Below are positions 1-8,277 of a DNA stretch of 58,591 bases, piece by piece. Source of the DNA: a virus (taxonomy: Duplodnaviria > Caudoviricetes); the IMG/VR virus record IMGVR_UViG_3300045999_002215, positions 1 to 58,591 of that record, one strand, 5' to 3'. A program made the translations under genes and the position numbers. The first letter of the stretch is position 1; each line of letters opens with the position of its first letter. The notes under the pieces are model-generated. The model was not told the DNA's origin and did no database searches. It saw only the letters and a program-made list of their open reading frames with translations.

Positions 1-1247
1 AGCCTATGCCGTTCAACCCGCCGAGCCCGGTGCTGTTCCAGCTCTTGGGCTTCTTAGTTGACGCGGGTAAGGGTGTGGTGCAGACCTCGTTTGAGAAGCT
101 GTCGGACCAGAACCCCAACCAGCCGGTCGGCACGACGATGGCGCTGATTGAGCAGGGCATGGTTGTGTTCAGCAGCATTCACTCCCGGCTGCACAGCGCG
201 ATGGCCCGGTGCTTCAAGATCCTGCACCGCATCAACTCGGCTTACCTGACCGAAGAAGACGTCGAGGCTCAGGCTTCTGGGCTTGAGATTGATCCGTCTG
301 ACTTTGACGGCCCGCTGGACGTCATCCCTGTCAGCGACCCGGCGATCTTCAGCGAGACGCAGCGTTTCGCTCAGGTTCAGGCAATCATGCAGCGGGCACA
401 GGCGATGCCCCAGCTATATGACCCGCGTAAGGTCGAGCAGATGTTCCTGCGCACTCTCAAGGTGCCGAGCGAGGAGGTACTTCAGCCTGAGCCGGCAAAC
501 GAAGATCTTGACCCCGTTAGCGAGAACGTCGCAGCCGCGATGAGCCGCCCCATCTACGTGCTACCGCAGCAAGACCACATGGCGCACATCATGGCGCATA
601 TGGCGTTCTTGAAGTCGCCTCTGCTGGGCTCTAACCCGGCAATCATGCCGTCTTGCATTTACGCGCTGTCCCAGCACCTAAAGGACCACGTGTTGAACTA
701 TTACTTGGTCGAGGCGCACAGCGCCGTAGACCGGGCGCAGAGTGAAGAGCTGATCCAGGATGATGCCGAGCAGCAGGTTAAGCTGATTATTCAGGTGCAG
801 CAGCTTATCGAACAGCAACTCGGTGGCTTCGGTGAGCAGCTCACAGAACTCACCAAGTTCGCCGAACAGTACAAGCCGCAACCACCTATGCCGCCAGACA
901 ACAGCATGCAGATTGCACAGCTCAATGCGCAGCTCCAGGGTCAGTCGTTGCAGGAGCGCGCTCAGTACAACCAGATGCGCGTCCAGCTGGACCAGCAGAA
1001 GCTGCAGCAAACTCAGCAGCTCGAAGCCGCGAAGCTGGCCGACCGTCAGCAGGACCGCGCAGAGAAGCTGCAGTCGGAGCAGATCAAGCAGATGGCCGAG
1101 AACGAGCGCACCGCTGCAGACCTCGCTGCCCGCGAGCGCATGAACAAGGCAGACAACGATACCGCGAAACTGCTCGCCGCAGCCGAGATGGCCACGGGCG
1201 AGAGAGTCGCAGTGAGTACTGGTTCAGGCATCAACCCCAACCCCTAA
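1..1247 (+). CDS. Portal protein, C-terminal part (continues from 57216 across the circular junction)
   Basis: In frame with 57216-58591. Motif 'PVGTTMALIEQG..VFSSIHSRLH' and Gln-rich coiled-coil tail are typical of P22-like portals. About 830 aa in total. Confidence 0.85.
   Translation, partial: PMPFNPPSPVLFQLLGFLVDAGKGVVQTSFEKLSDQNPNQPVGTTMALIEQGMVVFSSIHSRLHSAMARCFKILHRINSAYLTEEDVEAQASGLEIDPSDFDGPLDVIPVSDPAIFSETQRFAQVQAIMQRAQAMPQLYDPRKVEQMFLRTLKVPSEEVLQPEPANEDLDPVSENVAAAMSRPIYVLPQQDHMAHIMAHMAFLKSPLLGSNPAIMPSCIYALSQHLKDHVLNYYLVEAHSAVDRAQSEELIQDDAEQQVKLIIQVQQLIEQQLGGFGEQLTELTKFAEQYKPQPPMPPDNSMQIAQLNAQLQGQSLQERAQYNQMRVQLDQQKLQQTQQLEAAKLADRQQDRAEKLQSEQIKQMAENERTAADLAARERMNKADNDTAKLLAAAEMATGERVAVSTGSGINPNP
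2..127. repeat. Terminal overlap, identical to 58466-58591 (circular assembly)
   Basis: 126-bp exact direct repeat; base 1 (a) differs from 58465 (t). Length fits a k=127 assembly overlap. Confidence 0.95.
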
Positions 1248-1259
1248 AAGGAGAACGTC

Positions 1260-1400
1260 ATGAGCGACGACCCCAACACGTCCAAAGAAGTCCAGATGAA
1301 CAGCGCCATGGTTAAGCAAAAGCACCGCATGGCGGCAGGCGAGAAGGTCGACGGGCAGTCGCTGCCCCCGGCCCCCAAGCCTGAAAAGAACCAAGCGTGA
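1260..1400 (+). CDS. Small hypothetical protein (46 aa)
   Basis: AAGGAG RBS, ATG at 1260, stop overlaps the next GTG start; below the ORF-track size cut-off. Confidence 0.6.
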   Translation: MSDDPNTSKEVQMNSAMVKQKHRMAAGEKVDGQSLPPAPKPEKNQA

Positions 1401-1594
1401 GTATTGAAGCCAAACTTCTAAACCGTCTCAAGGCAGAACAACAGCAGTTCGCCGTTGACGCCTTGAGACGGCCCCAAGATCGCGATGCCTTTGAGTACGG
1501 GTATCGTGTGGGCGTGGTGGCCGGTTATGAAGCCGCCGTTAATGTACTCTTGAAACTTCTAGATGAGGAGAAACATAGTGACAACGACCTCTGA
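1397..1594 (+). CDS. Hypothetical head-module protein (65 aa)
   Basis: GTGA overlap; lies between portal and GroES-like gene. Confidence 0.65.
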   Translation: MSIEAKLLNRLKAEQQQFAVDALRRPQDRDAFEYGYRVGVVAGYEAAVNVLLKLLDEEKHSDNDL

Positions 1595-2003
1595 GAACGC
1601 AATGGAAAAGGCTTTCCCGGACGTGCATCCGGGCGTGCAGCCTTTCGGTAGCCGCGTTCTGGTTCAAATCCGCACCCCCAAGACCATGACGGCGGGCGGG
1701 CTAATTCTTCACAGCGAGTCGCGGGATACTGAGAAGTGGAACACGCAGGTGGCTAAGGTCATCAGCACGGGTCCGCTGGCCTTCAAGAACCGTAACACGC
1801 AGGAGAGCTGGCCCGAAGGTCAGTGGTGTAAACCCGGTGACTTCGTTCGTGTGCCCAAGTACGGCGGCGACCGTTGGGAAGTCCCTCTGGGTGAGCGCAC
1901 CGCGACCGGAGACATGGAATCTGCGATGTTTGTAATCTTTAACGACCTTGATATCATCGGGCAGGTGACCACTGACCCGCTGGCCATCAAGGCATTCATC
2001 TGA
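1578..2003 (+). CDS. GroES/Cpn10-like co-chaperonin
   Basis: 'QPFGSRVLVQ..TAGGLIL', 'AKVISTGP', 'CKPGDFV..PKYGG', 'FNDLDIIG' match the Cpn10 fold. GAGGAG RBS precedes GTG 1578. Confidence 0.85.
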   Translation: MTTTSENAMEKAFPDVHPGVQPFGSRVLVQIRTPKTMTAGGLILHSESRDTEKWNTQVAKVISTGPLAFKNRNTQESWPEGQWCKPGDFVRVPKYGGDRWEVPLGERTATGDMESAMFVIFNDLDIIGQVTTDPLAIKAFI

Positions 2004-2017
2004 AAAGGAGATGAACA

Positions 2018-2986
2018 ATGGCTGAAGCACTTCGCGAAGACGATGACAACGACGAAGATATCGTCATCATTGAAGACGAGAGCAAGCTCTCTCAGAACGT
2101 CGAAGACGACGATGATGATCAGGAAGACGACCCCGTTGCCCGGTCTGACGATGACGATGACGACAGCGGAGACGAACGCGAGGCGATTCGCGAGCGCCGT
2201 CGTCTTGAGAAACAAGAACGCAAGGTGCGCCGCGACGAGGCCATCAAGCGTGACAAACTTGAACTGGACTTCCTGCGCAAGCGCAACGACGACCTCGAGC
2301 GCCGCGTGTCGGCTCAAGAGCAGCGCACCCACAAGCTGGACCTGAGCGCGTTTGACGCTGAGATTGCTCAGGCGACAAAAGAAGCCGATATGGCTGAACG
2401 TGTCATTGCCAAGGCGGTGGCTGCGGGTAACGGCGAAGACGTCACCCAGGCCATGCGCTATCGCGACCAAGCGTTGGCTAAGATCCAGCAGCTGAACGCG
2501 CAGAAGACCCAAGTCGCAGCGCAGCGTCCTCAGTCTCAACCGCAGCAGATTGACGACATCACGATGAGCTACGCGAAAGAGTTCATCGCGGACCATCCCT
2601 GGTACGACGCACAGGGCCGCGACGAAGACTCCGCCATCGTCATCGCGATTGACCAGTCGCTCGCCAAAGACGGCTACGACCCGCGCTCCTCCGACTACTG
2701 GGACGAGCTGCGCCGTCGCGCCGCGCGCCGACTGCCGGAACGCTTTGCCCCCAAGACAAAGCGCCCCGCCAACACTGAAGAACGTAACGAACCGCGTCGC
2801 GAACCCAGGGGTGGACCTGCTGTGGGTTCGGGCCGTGAACATGCTCCTGCCAGCACTCGCAAGGAGATTTACGTCTCCCCGGAGCGCAAGCAGGCGTTGG
2901 TAGAGGCAGGAGTATGGGATGACCCCGTGCTGCGTGCCAAGTACGTCAAGCGTTATGCCGAGTACGATCGGCTGAACCGCGCGTGA
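2018..2986 (+). CDS. Putative capsid scaffolding protein
   Basis: Very acidic N-terminus, long coiled coil, short basic C-terminal helix; upstream of the capsid gene. Confidence 0.65.
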   Translation: MAEALREDDDNDEDIVIIEDESKLSQNVEDDDDDQEDDPVARSDDDDDDSGDEREAIRERRRLEKQERKVRRDEAIKRDKLELDFLRKRNDDLERRVSAQEQRTHKLDLSAFDAEIAQATKEADMAERVIAKAVAAGNGEDVTQAMRYRDQALAKIQQLNAQKTQVAAQRPQSQPQQIDDITMSYAKEFIADHPWYDAQGRDEDSAIVIAIDQSLAKDGYDPRSSDYWDELRRRAARRLPERFAPKTKRPANTEERNEPRREPRGGPAVGSGREHAPASTRKEIYVSPERKQALVEAGVWDDPVLRAKYVKRYAEYDRLNRA

Positions 2987-2992
2987 GAGGGC

Positions 2993-3021
2993 TTGCCTTT
3001 TCAACTTTTCCACCCTATACT
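2993..3021 (+). promoter_or_regulatory. Sigma70-like promoter TTGCCT-N17-TATACT
   Basis: Intergenic; same pattern recurs genome-wide. Confidence 0.7.
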
Positions 3022-3050
3022 TCAATCAATCGCTGGAAGGAGCGAGTAAC

Positions 3051-3581
3051 ATGACCGACGAACGCCTGAAGAAATCCGCTGGAGAAGGCCGCGAAAATAG
3101 AGCGATGCTAGATCGTTCTGTAACTGAGAATCGCGAAATTTCCGATGAAGAGCGGGTTGAAATGTTCCGTCAGCAGTTTTTTCAGTCCTCTCTACCGGAC
3201 TTGCCTAAAATCCCCGGCTGGCATATGTGCTGGCTGACTACCACTAACCCGCGCGACTCCATCCACATGCGGATGCGTCTGGGTTATGAACCCGTGAAGC
3301 CGGAAGACATTCCCGGCTGGGACTACGCCACGCTGAAGACCGGCGACTGGACGGGGTTCATTGGTGTTAATGAGATGCTCGCATTCAAGCTGCCGATTTC
3401 TCTCTATGAGAAGTACATGCTTGAGGCACATCACCATGCACCGTTGCGCGAGGAAGAGAAGCTCACCGACACGGCTGAGTTCTTGGAGCAGCAGGCGCGA
3501 TCCTCAAAGTCAAAGCTGCAGATTGGGGAAGGCAACTTGGAGATGGGACATGACCGAGAGGCCATGTTTGACCTCTCATGA
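3051..3581 (+). CDS. Conserved head-module hypothetical protein
   Basis: 176-aa ORF with AAGGAG RBS between scaffold and capsid genes. Confidence 0.7.
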   Translation: MTDERLKKSAGEGRENRAMLDRSVTENREISDEERVEMFRQQFFQSSLPDLPKIPGWHMCWLTTTNPRDSIHMRMRLGYEPVKPEDIPGWDYATLKTGDWTGFIGVNEMLAFKLPISLYEKYMLEAHHHAPLREEEKLTDTAEFLEQQARSSKSKLQIGEGNLEMGHDREAMFDLS

Positions 3582-3611
3582 CGCAACCCTTTGACCAAAT
3601 AGGAGGTCACT

Positions 3612-4205
3612 ATGTCTTCGACTAGCGCACCCTTTGGTTTTCGTCCGTCTTACCACAACAGTGGCCAGATGCGCCCGAAAGCCTATGTAATCGCTAGCAC
3701 TTATGCGGCCAACATTTTCTCGGGCGATCCCGTGAAGTTGACCGACAACGGTGTTATCCAGCTCGGCACCAGCGATGGTACCCGCTCCGGCACGACCGAC
3801 GGCATCACGCTGCTCGGCATCTTTGCCGGTTGCCAGTACCTCGACGCCTCGGGCAAGCCCACCATCAGCCCCTTCTGGCCTTCGGGCGCTACAGGCACGG
3901 AGATCGTTGCCTGGGTGTACGACGACCCGGAAACGCTGTACGACGTTCAGTACACCAACCCTTCGGCTGGCACCACGGTGCAAACCGCTGTCGGCGAAGA
4001 GTGCGACTGGACTGTGGCCTCGCCGGGTGGCTCGACCCAAACCGGTCTGAGCACCACCCAACTCACCGCGATCCAGTCGACTTCTGGCCAGTTCCAGATC
4101 ACCGGCTTCGCATACAACATCAACGACTCTTTGACTGATGCCTACGTCACGGTTACCGTTCGTCTGAACGAAGCCGCGTACAAGGCCGCTGTCAACAGCA
4201 TTTAA
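3612..4205 (+). CDS. Putative capsid cement/decoration protein
   Basis: 'APFGFRP', 'IFSGDPV', 'VYDDPETLY'; beta-rich; strong AGGAGG RBS; immediately before the MCP. Confidence 0.6.
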   Translation: MSSTSAPFGFRPSYHNSGQMRPKAYVIASTYAANIFSGDPVKLTDNGVIQLGTSDGTRSGTTDGITLLGIFAGCQYLDASGKPTISPFWPSGATGTEIVAWVYDDPETLYDVQYTNPSAGTTVQTAVGEECDWTVASPGGSTQTGLSTTQLTAIQSTSGQFQITGFAYNINDSLTDAYVTVTVRLNEAAYKAAVNSI

Positions 4206-4219
4206 GGAGGGCTTGAGTC

Positions 4220-5134
4220 ATGGCTACCCCTATGCGCAGTACTGACTTTCGGTCAGTAGTCGAGCCTATCCTTAACGAAGTGTTCGACGGCGTCTACAAC
4301 CAGCGCGCCGACGAATGGAACATGGTGTTCCGTGAGCAGAAAGGCATTCCGCGCAACTACCATGAAGAGCCCGTGCTCTATGGTTTTGGCGCAGCGCCCG
4401 AACTGCCCGACGGCATGGCTGTGTCCTACCAGTCCGGCGGCGTGCTGTTCCTGCAGCGCTACCTCTACAAGGTCTACGGTCTGGCATTCAGCTTGACCAA
4501 GGTTCTCGTCGAGGACGGCGATCACATTCGTATCGGTCAGACCTACGCCAAGCACTTGGCTCAGTCGCTGATCGAAACGAAGGAAACGCTGGGTGCCAAC
4601 ATCCTGAACCGCGCCTTCAACGCTGCCTACCCCGGCGGCGACGGTGTGGCTCTGGTGAGCAACTCGCACCCCATCGTCAACGGCACCTTCAGCAACCAGC
4701 TGACCACGCCTGCGGCTCTGTCGCAGACCTCGTTGGAGCAGTTGCTCATTCAGATCCGCAACGCTGTTGACAACAACGGCAAGCGTATCCGTCTGACGCC
4801 GAAGAAGATCGTGACTGGCCCGTCGAACGTCTTCCAAGCAGAAGTGCTGCTGAAGTCGGTTCTGCGTACCGGCACCGCCGACAACGACATCAACCCCGTG
4901 AAGTCCATGGGTCTGCTGTCGGACGGCCAAGCCAACCTGTCGCGTATCACCTCGACCACCGCTTGGTGGATTCAGACCGACGCTCCCGAAGGTCTGAAGC
5001 TGCTCATGCGTCGTGGCCTTGAAAAGTCGATGGAAGGTGACTTCGAAACCGACTCGATGCGCTACAAGGCAACCGAGCGTTACGTGTTCGGCTGGACCGA
5101 CCCGCGCGGCGTCTACGGCACCGCAGGCGTGTAA
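4220..5134 (+). CDS. Major capsid protein (HK97 fold, Mu gpT-like family)
   Basis: 304 aa, strong RBS, biased codons, C-terminal 'GDFETDSMRYKATERYVFGWTDPRGVYG', followed by a terminator. Confidence 0.85.
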   Translation: MATPMRSTDFRSVVEPILNEVFDGVYNQRADEWNMVFREQKGIPRNYHEEPVLYGFGAAPELPDGMAVSYQSGGVLFLQRYLYKVYGLAFSLTKVLVEDGDHIRIGQTYAKHLAQSLIETKETLGANILNRAFNAAYPGGDGVALVSNSHPIVNGTFSNQLTTPAALSQTSLEQLLIQIRNAVDNNGKRIRLTPKKIVTGPSNVFQAEVLLKSVLRTGTADNDINPVKSMGLLSDGQANLSRITSTTAWWIQTDAPEGLKLLMRRGLEKSMEGDFETDSMRYKATERYVFGWTDPRGVYGTAGV

Positions 5135-5142
5135 AACAGATC

Positions 5143-5168
5143 GGGGGAGCCTAGTGCTCCCCCTTTCT
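5143..5168 (+). terminator. Intrinsic terminator after the MCP
   Basis: GGGGGAGC-ctagt-GCTCCCCC followed by TTTCT. Confidence 0.7.
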
Positions 5169-5174
5169 ACAATC

Positions 5175-5246
5175 CCGAGGACCACTCGGTGTGTTAGACA
5201 GTCCTCGGCTGACGTCATGCAGACTAACGCACCACAACTCGCATGA
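5175..5246 (+). ncRNA. Double-pseudoknot structured RNA (candidate Mu-gpT-DE-like motif)
   Basis: Three interleaved helices: 5175-5182/5201-5208, 5188-5197/5224-5233, 5215-5220/5241-5246. Lies directly downstream of a gpT-like gene. Confidence 0.65.
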
Positions 5247-5258
5247 GAGGAATCTAAA

Positions 5259-5642
5259 ATGGCTTCGACTACTTTCTCCGGTCCCGTTACCTCGACCAAC
5301 GGCTTCATCGGCGCTATGACTGGCAACGTGACTGGCAACCTCACGGGTGACGTGTTTGCCTCGGTTCAATCCCTGTCCGGTGCTGGCGCTGTCAACGTGA
5401 CCGACATGCTGACCTCCCTGACCACCACCGGCGCGACGCAGGCTCTGACTCTCGCCAACGGCGGATCTGGCCAAATCAAGGTCATCGTTCACACCGTAGA
5501 TGGCGGCTCGGCTGTCCTGACCCCCACCACCAAGATTGGCTTCTCGACCATCACCTTCACGGGTGTCGGCGAGTCGGCCACGCTGATCTACACCGCTGCC
5601 GGATGGGCTATCATGGCTCTGAACGGCGCAGTAGCAGCCTAA
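5259..5642 (+). CDS. Putative virion (head fibre/decoration) protein
   Basis: 'MASTTFSGPV' start, G/T/A-rich beta protein, GAGAGGA RBS. Confidence 0.6.
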   Translation: MASTTFSGPVTSTNGFIGAMTGNVTGNLTGDVFASVQSLSGAGAVNVTDMLTSLTTTGATQALTLANGGSGQIKVIVHTVDGGSAVLTPTTKIGFSTITFTGVGESATLIYTAAGWAIMALNGAVAA

Positions 5643-5653
5643 TCGGTGAAACC

Positions 5654-5681
5654 GAGGGGGCCATGAGCGCCCCCTCTTTTT
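5654..5681 (+). terminator. Intrinsic terminator
   Basis: GAGGGGGC...GCCCCCTC followed by TTTTT. Confidence 0.75.
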
Positions 5682-5692
5682 AGGAGATAGGT

Positions 5693-6106
5693 ATGGCCGA
5701 CGCTGTTACTTCACAAACGATTCTTGACGGTGAGCGGTTGTTCATCGGAAAGTTCACCAACATCTCTGACGGAGGCGGTGAAACTGCGGTCGTGAAGATC
5801 GACGTTTCAACCCTGCAACCGAACGCTGCCGGAAACGCTTGCAACGGAGTCAAGATTAACAAAATTTGGTCTACGACGCATGGTCTAGAAATCAGAATTT
5901 TGTTCGACGCGACAACTGATGCGTTTGCTTGGATGATCCCGCAAAACTCAAATTACTTCATGGACTTTTCGTCGTTTGGCGGTCTGCCTAGCAACGCAGG
6001 TGCAGGGGTTACGGGAGATGTGGCGTTCACCACGCTTGACGCAAGCAACGGTGACATGTACAGCGTCGTTCTTGAGTGCATAAAGACTTACGGCACGCAG
6101 CCGTAA
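5693..6106 (+). CDS. Hypothetical structural protein
   Basis: 137-aa ORF, AGGAGA RBS, in the structural operon. Confidence 0.65.
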   Translation: MADAVTSQTILDGERLFIGKFTNISDGGGETAVVKIDVSTLQPNAAGNACNGVKINKIWSTTHGLEIRILFDATTDAFAWMIPQNSNYFMDFSSFGGLPSNAGAGVTGDVAFTTLDASNGDMYSVVLECIKTYGTQP

Positions 6107-6146
6107 AGCAATCGCATGACAAATATCACTCAGGTAGGAGCGTGAG

Positions 6147-6890
6147 ATGAGCAAGTCGTTAAAGTATGTGTCCGACTTCCAGTTCCCGACAGAATGCGGG
6201 TTTACTGGTTCGTCCGGCAAAACTATGGTCAAAGGTTATGCTCGCGGCGGTCACGCCGACGTAGCCCAAGACAAGGCAATGATGAAACAAATGGCTAAAG
6301 CCGACGTCACAAAAGACAAGGCTATGGTCAAAGCTGCCGTGCAAAAGCATGAAAAGAGCCTGCACAAGGGTGAGCCTCTCACCAAGATGGCGATGGGCGG
6401 TTATGCTGAAGGCGGCGCTAAGAAGGCGATGGCTAACGAGCGCGCAGAGATGTCCCGCATCAAGCAGGAAACCCGCAGCGAGCGTAAAGACGCTGGCGAG
6501 GAAATGTCGCGGGTCCGTAAGGAAATGCGCTACGACGAGGCCAAGCTGAAAAGCGACCGTCCGATGCGCAAGCAGTATCCGACAAACCGTAGCGAACCGA
6601 TGATCAAAGCAATGGCTGGCGGTATGATCAAAGACCGCAGCAAGCTGGGCATTGAGGGTAACAAGAACCCCGGTGAGACCAAAATGCACACCGCACCAGA
6701 CCTCCCCGGCCCGAAGACCATGATGAAGCGCGGCGGTATGACCCCGAAGCAAGAAGCCAAGGTCGGCAAGGTCATGGGCGAGTACAAGGCCGGTGAACTG
6801 CACTCGGGTAGCAAGTCTGGCCCGATGGTGAAGAGCCGTAAGCAGGCTGTCGCTATCGCGATGTCTGAGGCGGGCAAGAAAAGAAAGTGA
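6147..6890 (+). CDS. Basic Lys/Met-rich protein with C-terminal DUF6496-like domain and xGG repeats
   Basis: 'KVGKVMGEYKAGELHSG..VKSRKQAVAIAMSEAG'; motifs YARGG, MAMGG, YAEGG, MKRGG and variant AMAGG. Confidence 0.7.
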   Translation: MSKSLKYVSDFQFPTECGFTGSSGKTMVKGYARGGHADVAQDKAMMKQMAKADVTKDKAMVKAAVQKHEKSLHKGEPLTKMAMGGYAEGGAKKAMANERAEMSRIKQETRSERKDAGEEMSRVRKEMRYDEAKLKSDRPMRKQYPTNRSEPMIKAMAGGMIKDRSKLGIEGNKNPGETKMHTAPDLPGPKTMMKRGGMTPKQEAKVGKVMGEYKAGELHSGSKSGPMVKSRKQAVAIAMSEAGKKRK

Positions 6891-6891
6891 C

Positions 6892-6920
6892 TTGCTCTTT
6901 CATCGGTGTTGAGCTATAAT
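6892..6920 (+). promoter_or_regulatory. Sigma70-like promoter TTGCTC-N17-TATAAT
   Basis: Consensus -10, 17-bp spacer, intergenic. Confidence 0.75.
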
Positions 6921-6985
6921 TCACCGAAAGACCTCCACGGGCGTGCTGAACCAGCGGCCAGCTTTGATCACACAGCGGAGAAAGC

Positions 6986-7969
6986 ATGGCGTATTCTGGT
7001 AATGTGAGCGGCACGACGTTCAACGCTCTGAAGGTGGTAGATCACGCCTTCAGGCGTTGTCGCCTGCCCGCCCAAGCCATCACGGCGGAGATGCATGACT
7101 ACGCGCTTGATTCGCTGTATCTCATGCTCTCCGAGCTGGCTAACATCAAGACGCCGAGCTGGTGCATTGAACAGCTCATCCTTCCCATGTATGAGAACCA
7201 ACCGCTAATCACCCTGCCACCGGGCACAGTTGAGGTCCTGAACCTGAACTACCGGGTGCTGCAGCTCCTGAGCGGGGCTTCGGTCACCACTTCCACTAGC
7301 TATACCGTTAACTTCACGACGGCGACGGTGGTGAACACGGTTGGCATCAAGTGGTCTGCGGCTGCGGTTCCCGTCAACTTCCAAGTCAGTACTAACGGCT
7401 CTTCGTGGACGACCGTGGGAACATCAAGCGTGGCGGCGTCTGCCGGTGAGATTACGTGGACCGACATTAGCGGGGCGTTGGCCTATGCCTACTTCCGCAT
7501 CGTGGCTACCGCCGGAACCCTGAACTATTCGGCGATCACGCTGGGCAACCTGCCGCAGCAGATCCCGCTCGGGCAGTTGAACCGCGACTCGTACGTGAAC
7601 CAGTCGAACCTGCAGTTCCCCGGTCGCCCCAGCAACTACTACTTCCAGCGCGACCTGCCGGAGCCGGTTGTCAACTTGTGGCCCGCGCCGTTCTCTGCGG
7701 CAGAGCAAGCTCAGTTGATCTTGTGGCGCCACCGGCAGATCATGGACACCGAGAACCTCCAGCAAGAAGTTGAGGTGCCCCAGCGCTGGCTGCAAGCGAT
7801 CATCGACGGTCTGGCCAGCAAGGTCGCTGCCGAGACCCCACAGGTCGACATGAACCTCATGCCCCTGCTTGAACAGCGCGCTAACATAAGCATGCAACGT
7901 GCCTGGGACGGCGACAATGACGGCTCGCCGATTCAGATCAATCCCGGTATTTCGGCGTACACACGATGA
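6986..7969 (+). CDS. Putative head-tail adaptor / tail tubular protein
   Basis: 'HAFRRC', 'GRPSNYYFQR..P.VNLWPAP', 'VPQRW..AI..GLA' resemble podovirus adaptor proteins. Confidence 0.55.
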   Translation: MAYSGNVSGTTFNALKVVDHAFRRCRLPAQAITAEMHDYALDSLYLMLSELANIKTPSWCIEQLILPMYENQPLITLPPGTVEVLNLNYRVLQLLSGASVTTSTSYTVNFTTATVVNTVGIKWSAAAVPVNFQVSTNGSSWTTVGTSSVAASAGEITWTDISGALAYAYFRIVATAGTLNYSAITLGNLPQQIPLGQLNRDSYVNQSNLQFPGRPSNYYFQRDLPEPVVNLWPAPFSAAEQAQLILWRHRQIMDTENLQQEVEVPQRWLQAIIDGLASKVAAETPQVDMNLMPLLEQRANISMQRAWDGDNDGSPIQINPGISAYTR

Positions 7970-8274
7970 GCAGCACTCTGTACCTCGACCCTACTGGCCA
8001 ACCGACTTACGGTATCGGTATATGCGGTCGTTGCTCGCGCAAGATGTTCTTGTCCGAACTGCAACCCGATCCGAACTACCCCGGCCTCATGGTCTGCGAG
8101 GAAGACCGCGATCAATACGACCCCTACCGGCTCGCCCCGCGTCCGCCGGATAAGATCGTGCTTCCGTTTGTGCGTCCCGACACGCCGATCAACACTCGCC
8201 CTGCCGGTTTGATTCAAGAGCAGGGCAACGAGTTCATCATCACCGAAGATGGTGACGGATATTTGGAGCTTTGA
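7966..8274 (+). CDS. Small Zn-ribbon-like virion/assembly protein
   Basis: 'ICGRCSRK' and 'GLMVC' motifs; ATGA overlap. Confidence 0.6.
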   Translation: MSSTLYLDPTGQPTYGIGICGRCSRKMFLSELQPDPNYPGLMVCEEDRDQYDPYRLAPRPPDKIVLPFVRPDTPINTRPAGLIQEQGNEFIITEDGDGYLEL

Positions 8275-8277
8275 CGC

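Noticed and set aside
1-127. Biological direct terminal repeat
   Set aside because: It falls inside the portal CDS and matches a typical assembler k-mer length, so it is better explained as a circularisation overlap.
1820-5344. Long antisense ORFs (1820-3025, 4253-5344; likewise 45493-46836 and 53531-54598)
   Set aside because: They are shadow frames of strongly codon-biased, GC-rich genes, with no RBS or recognisable motifs.
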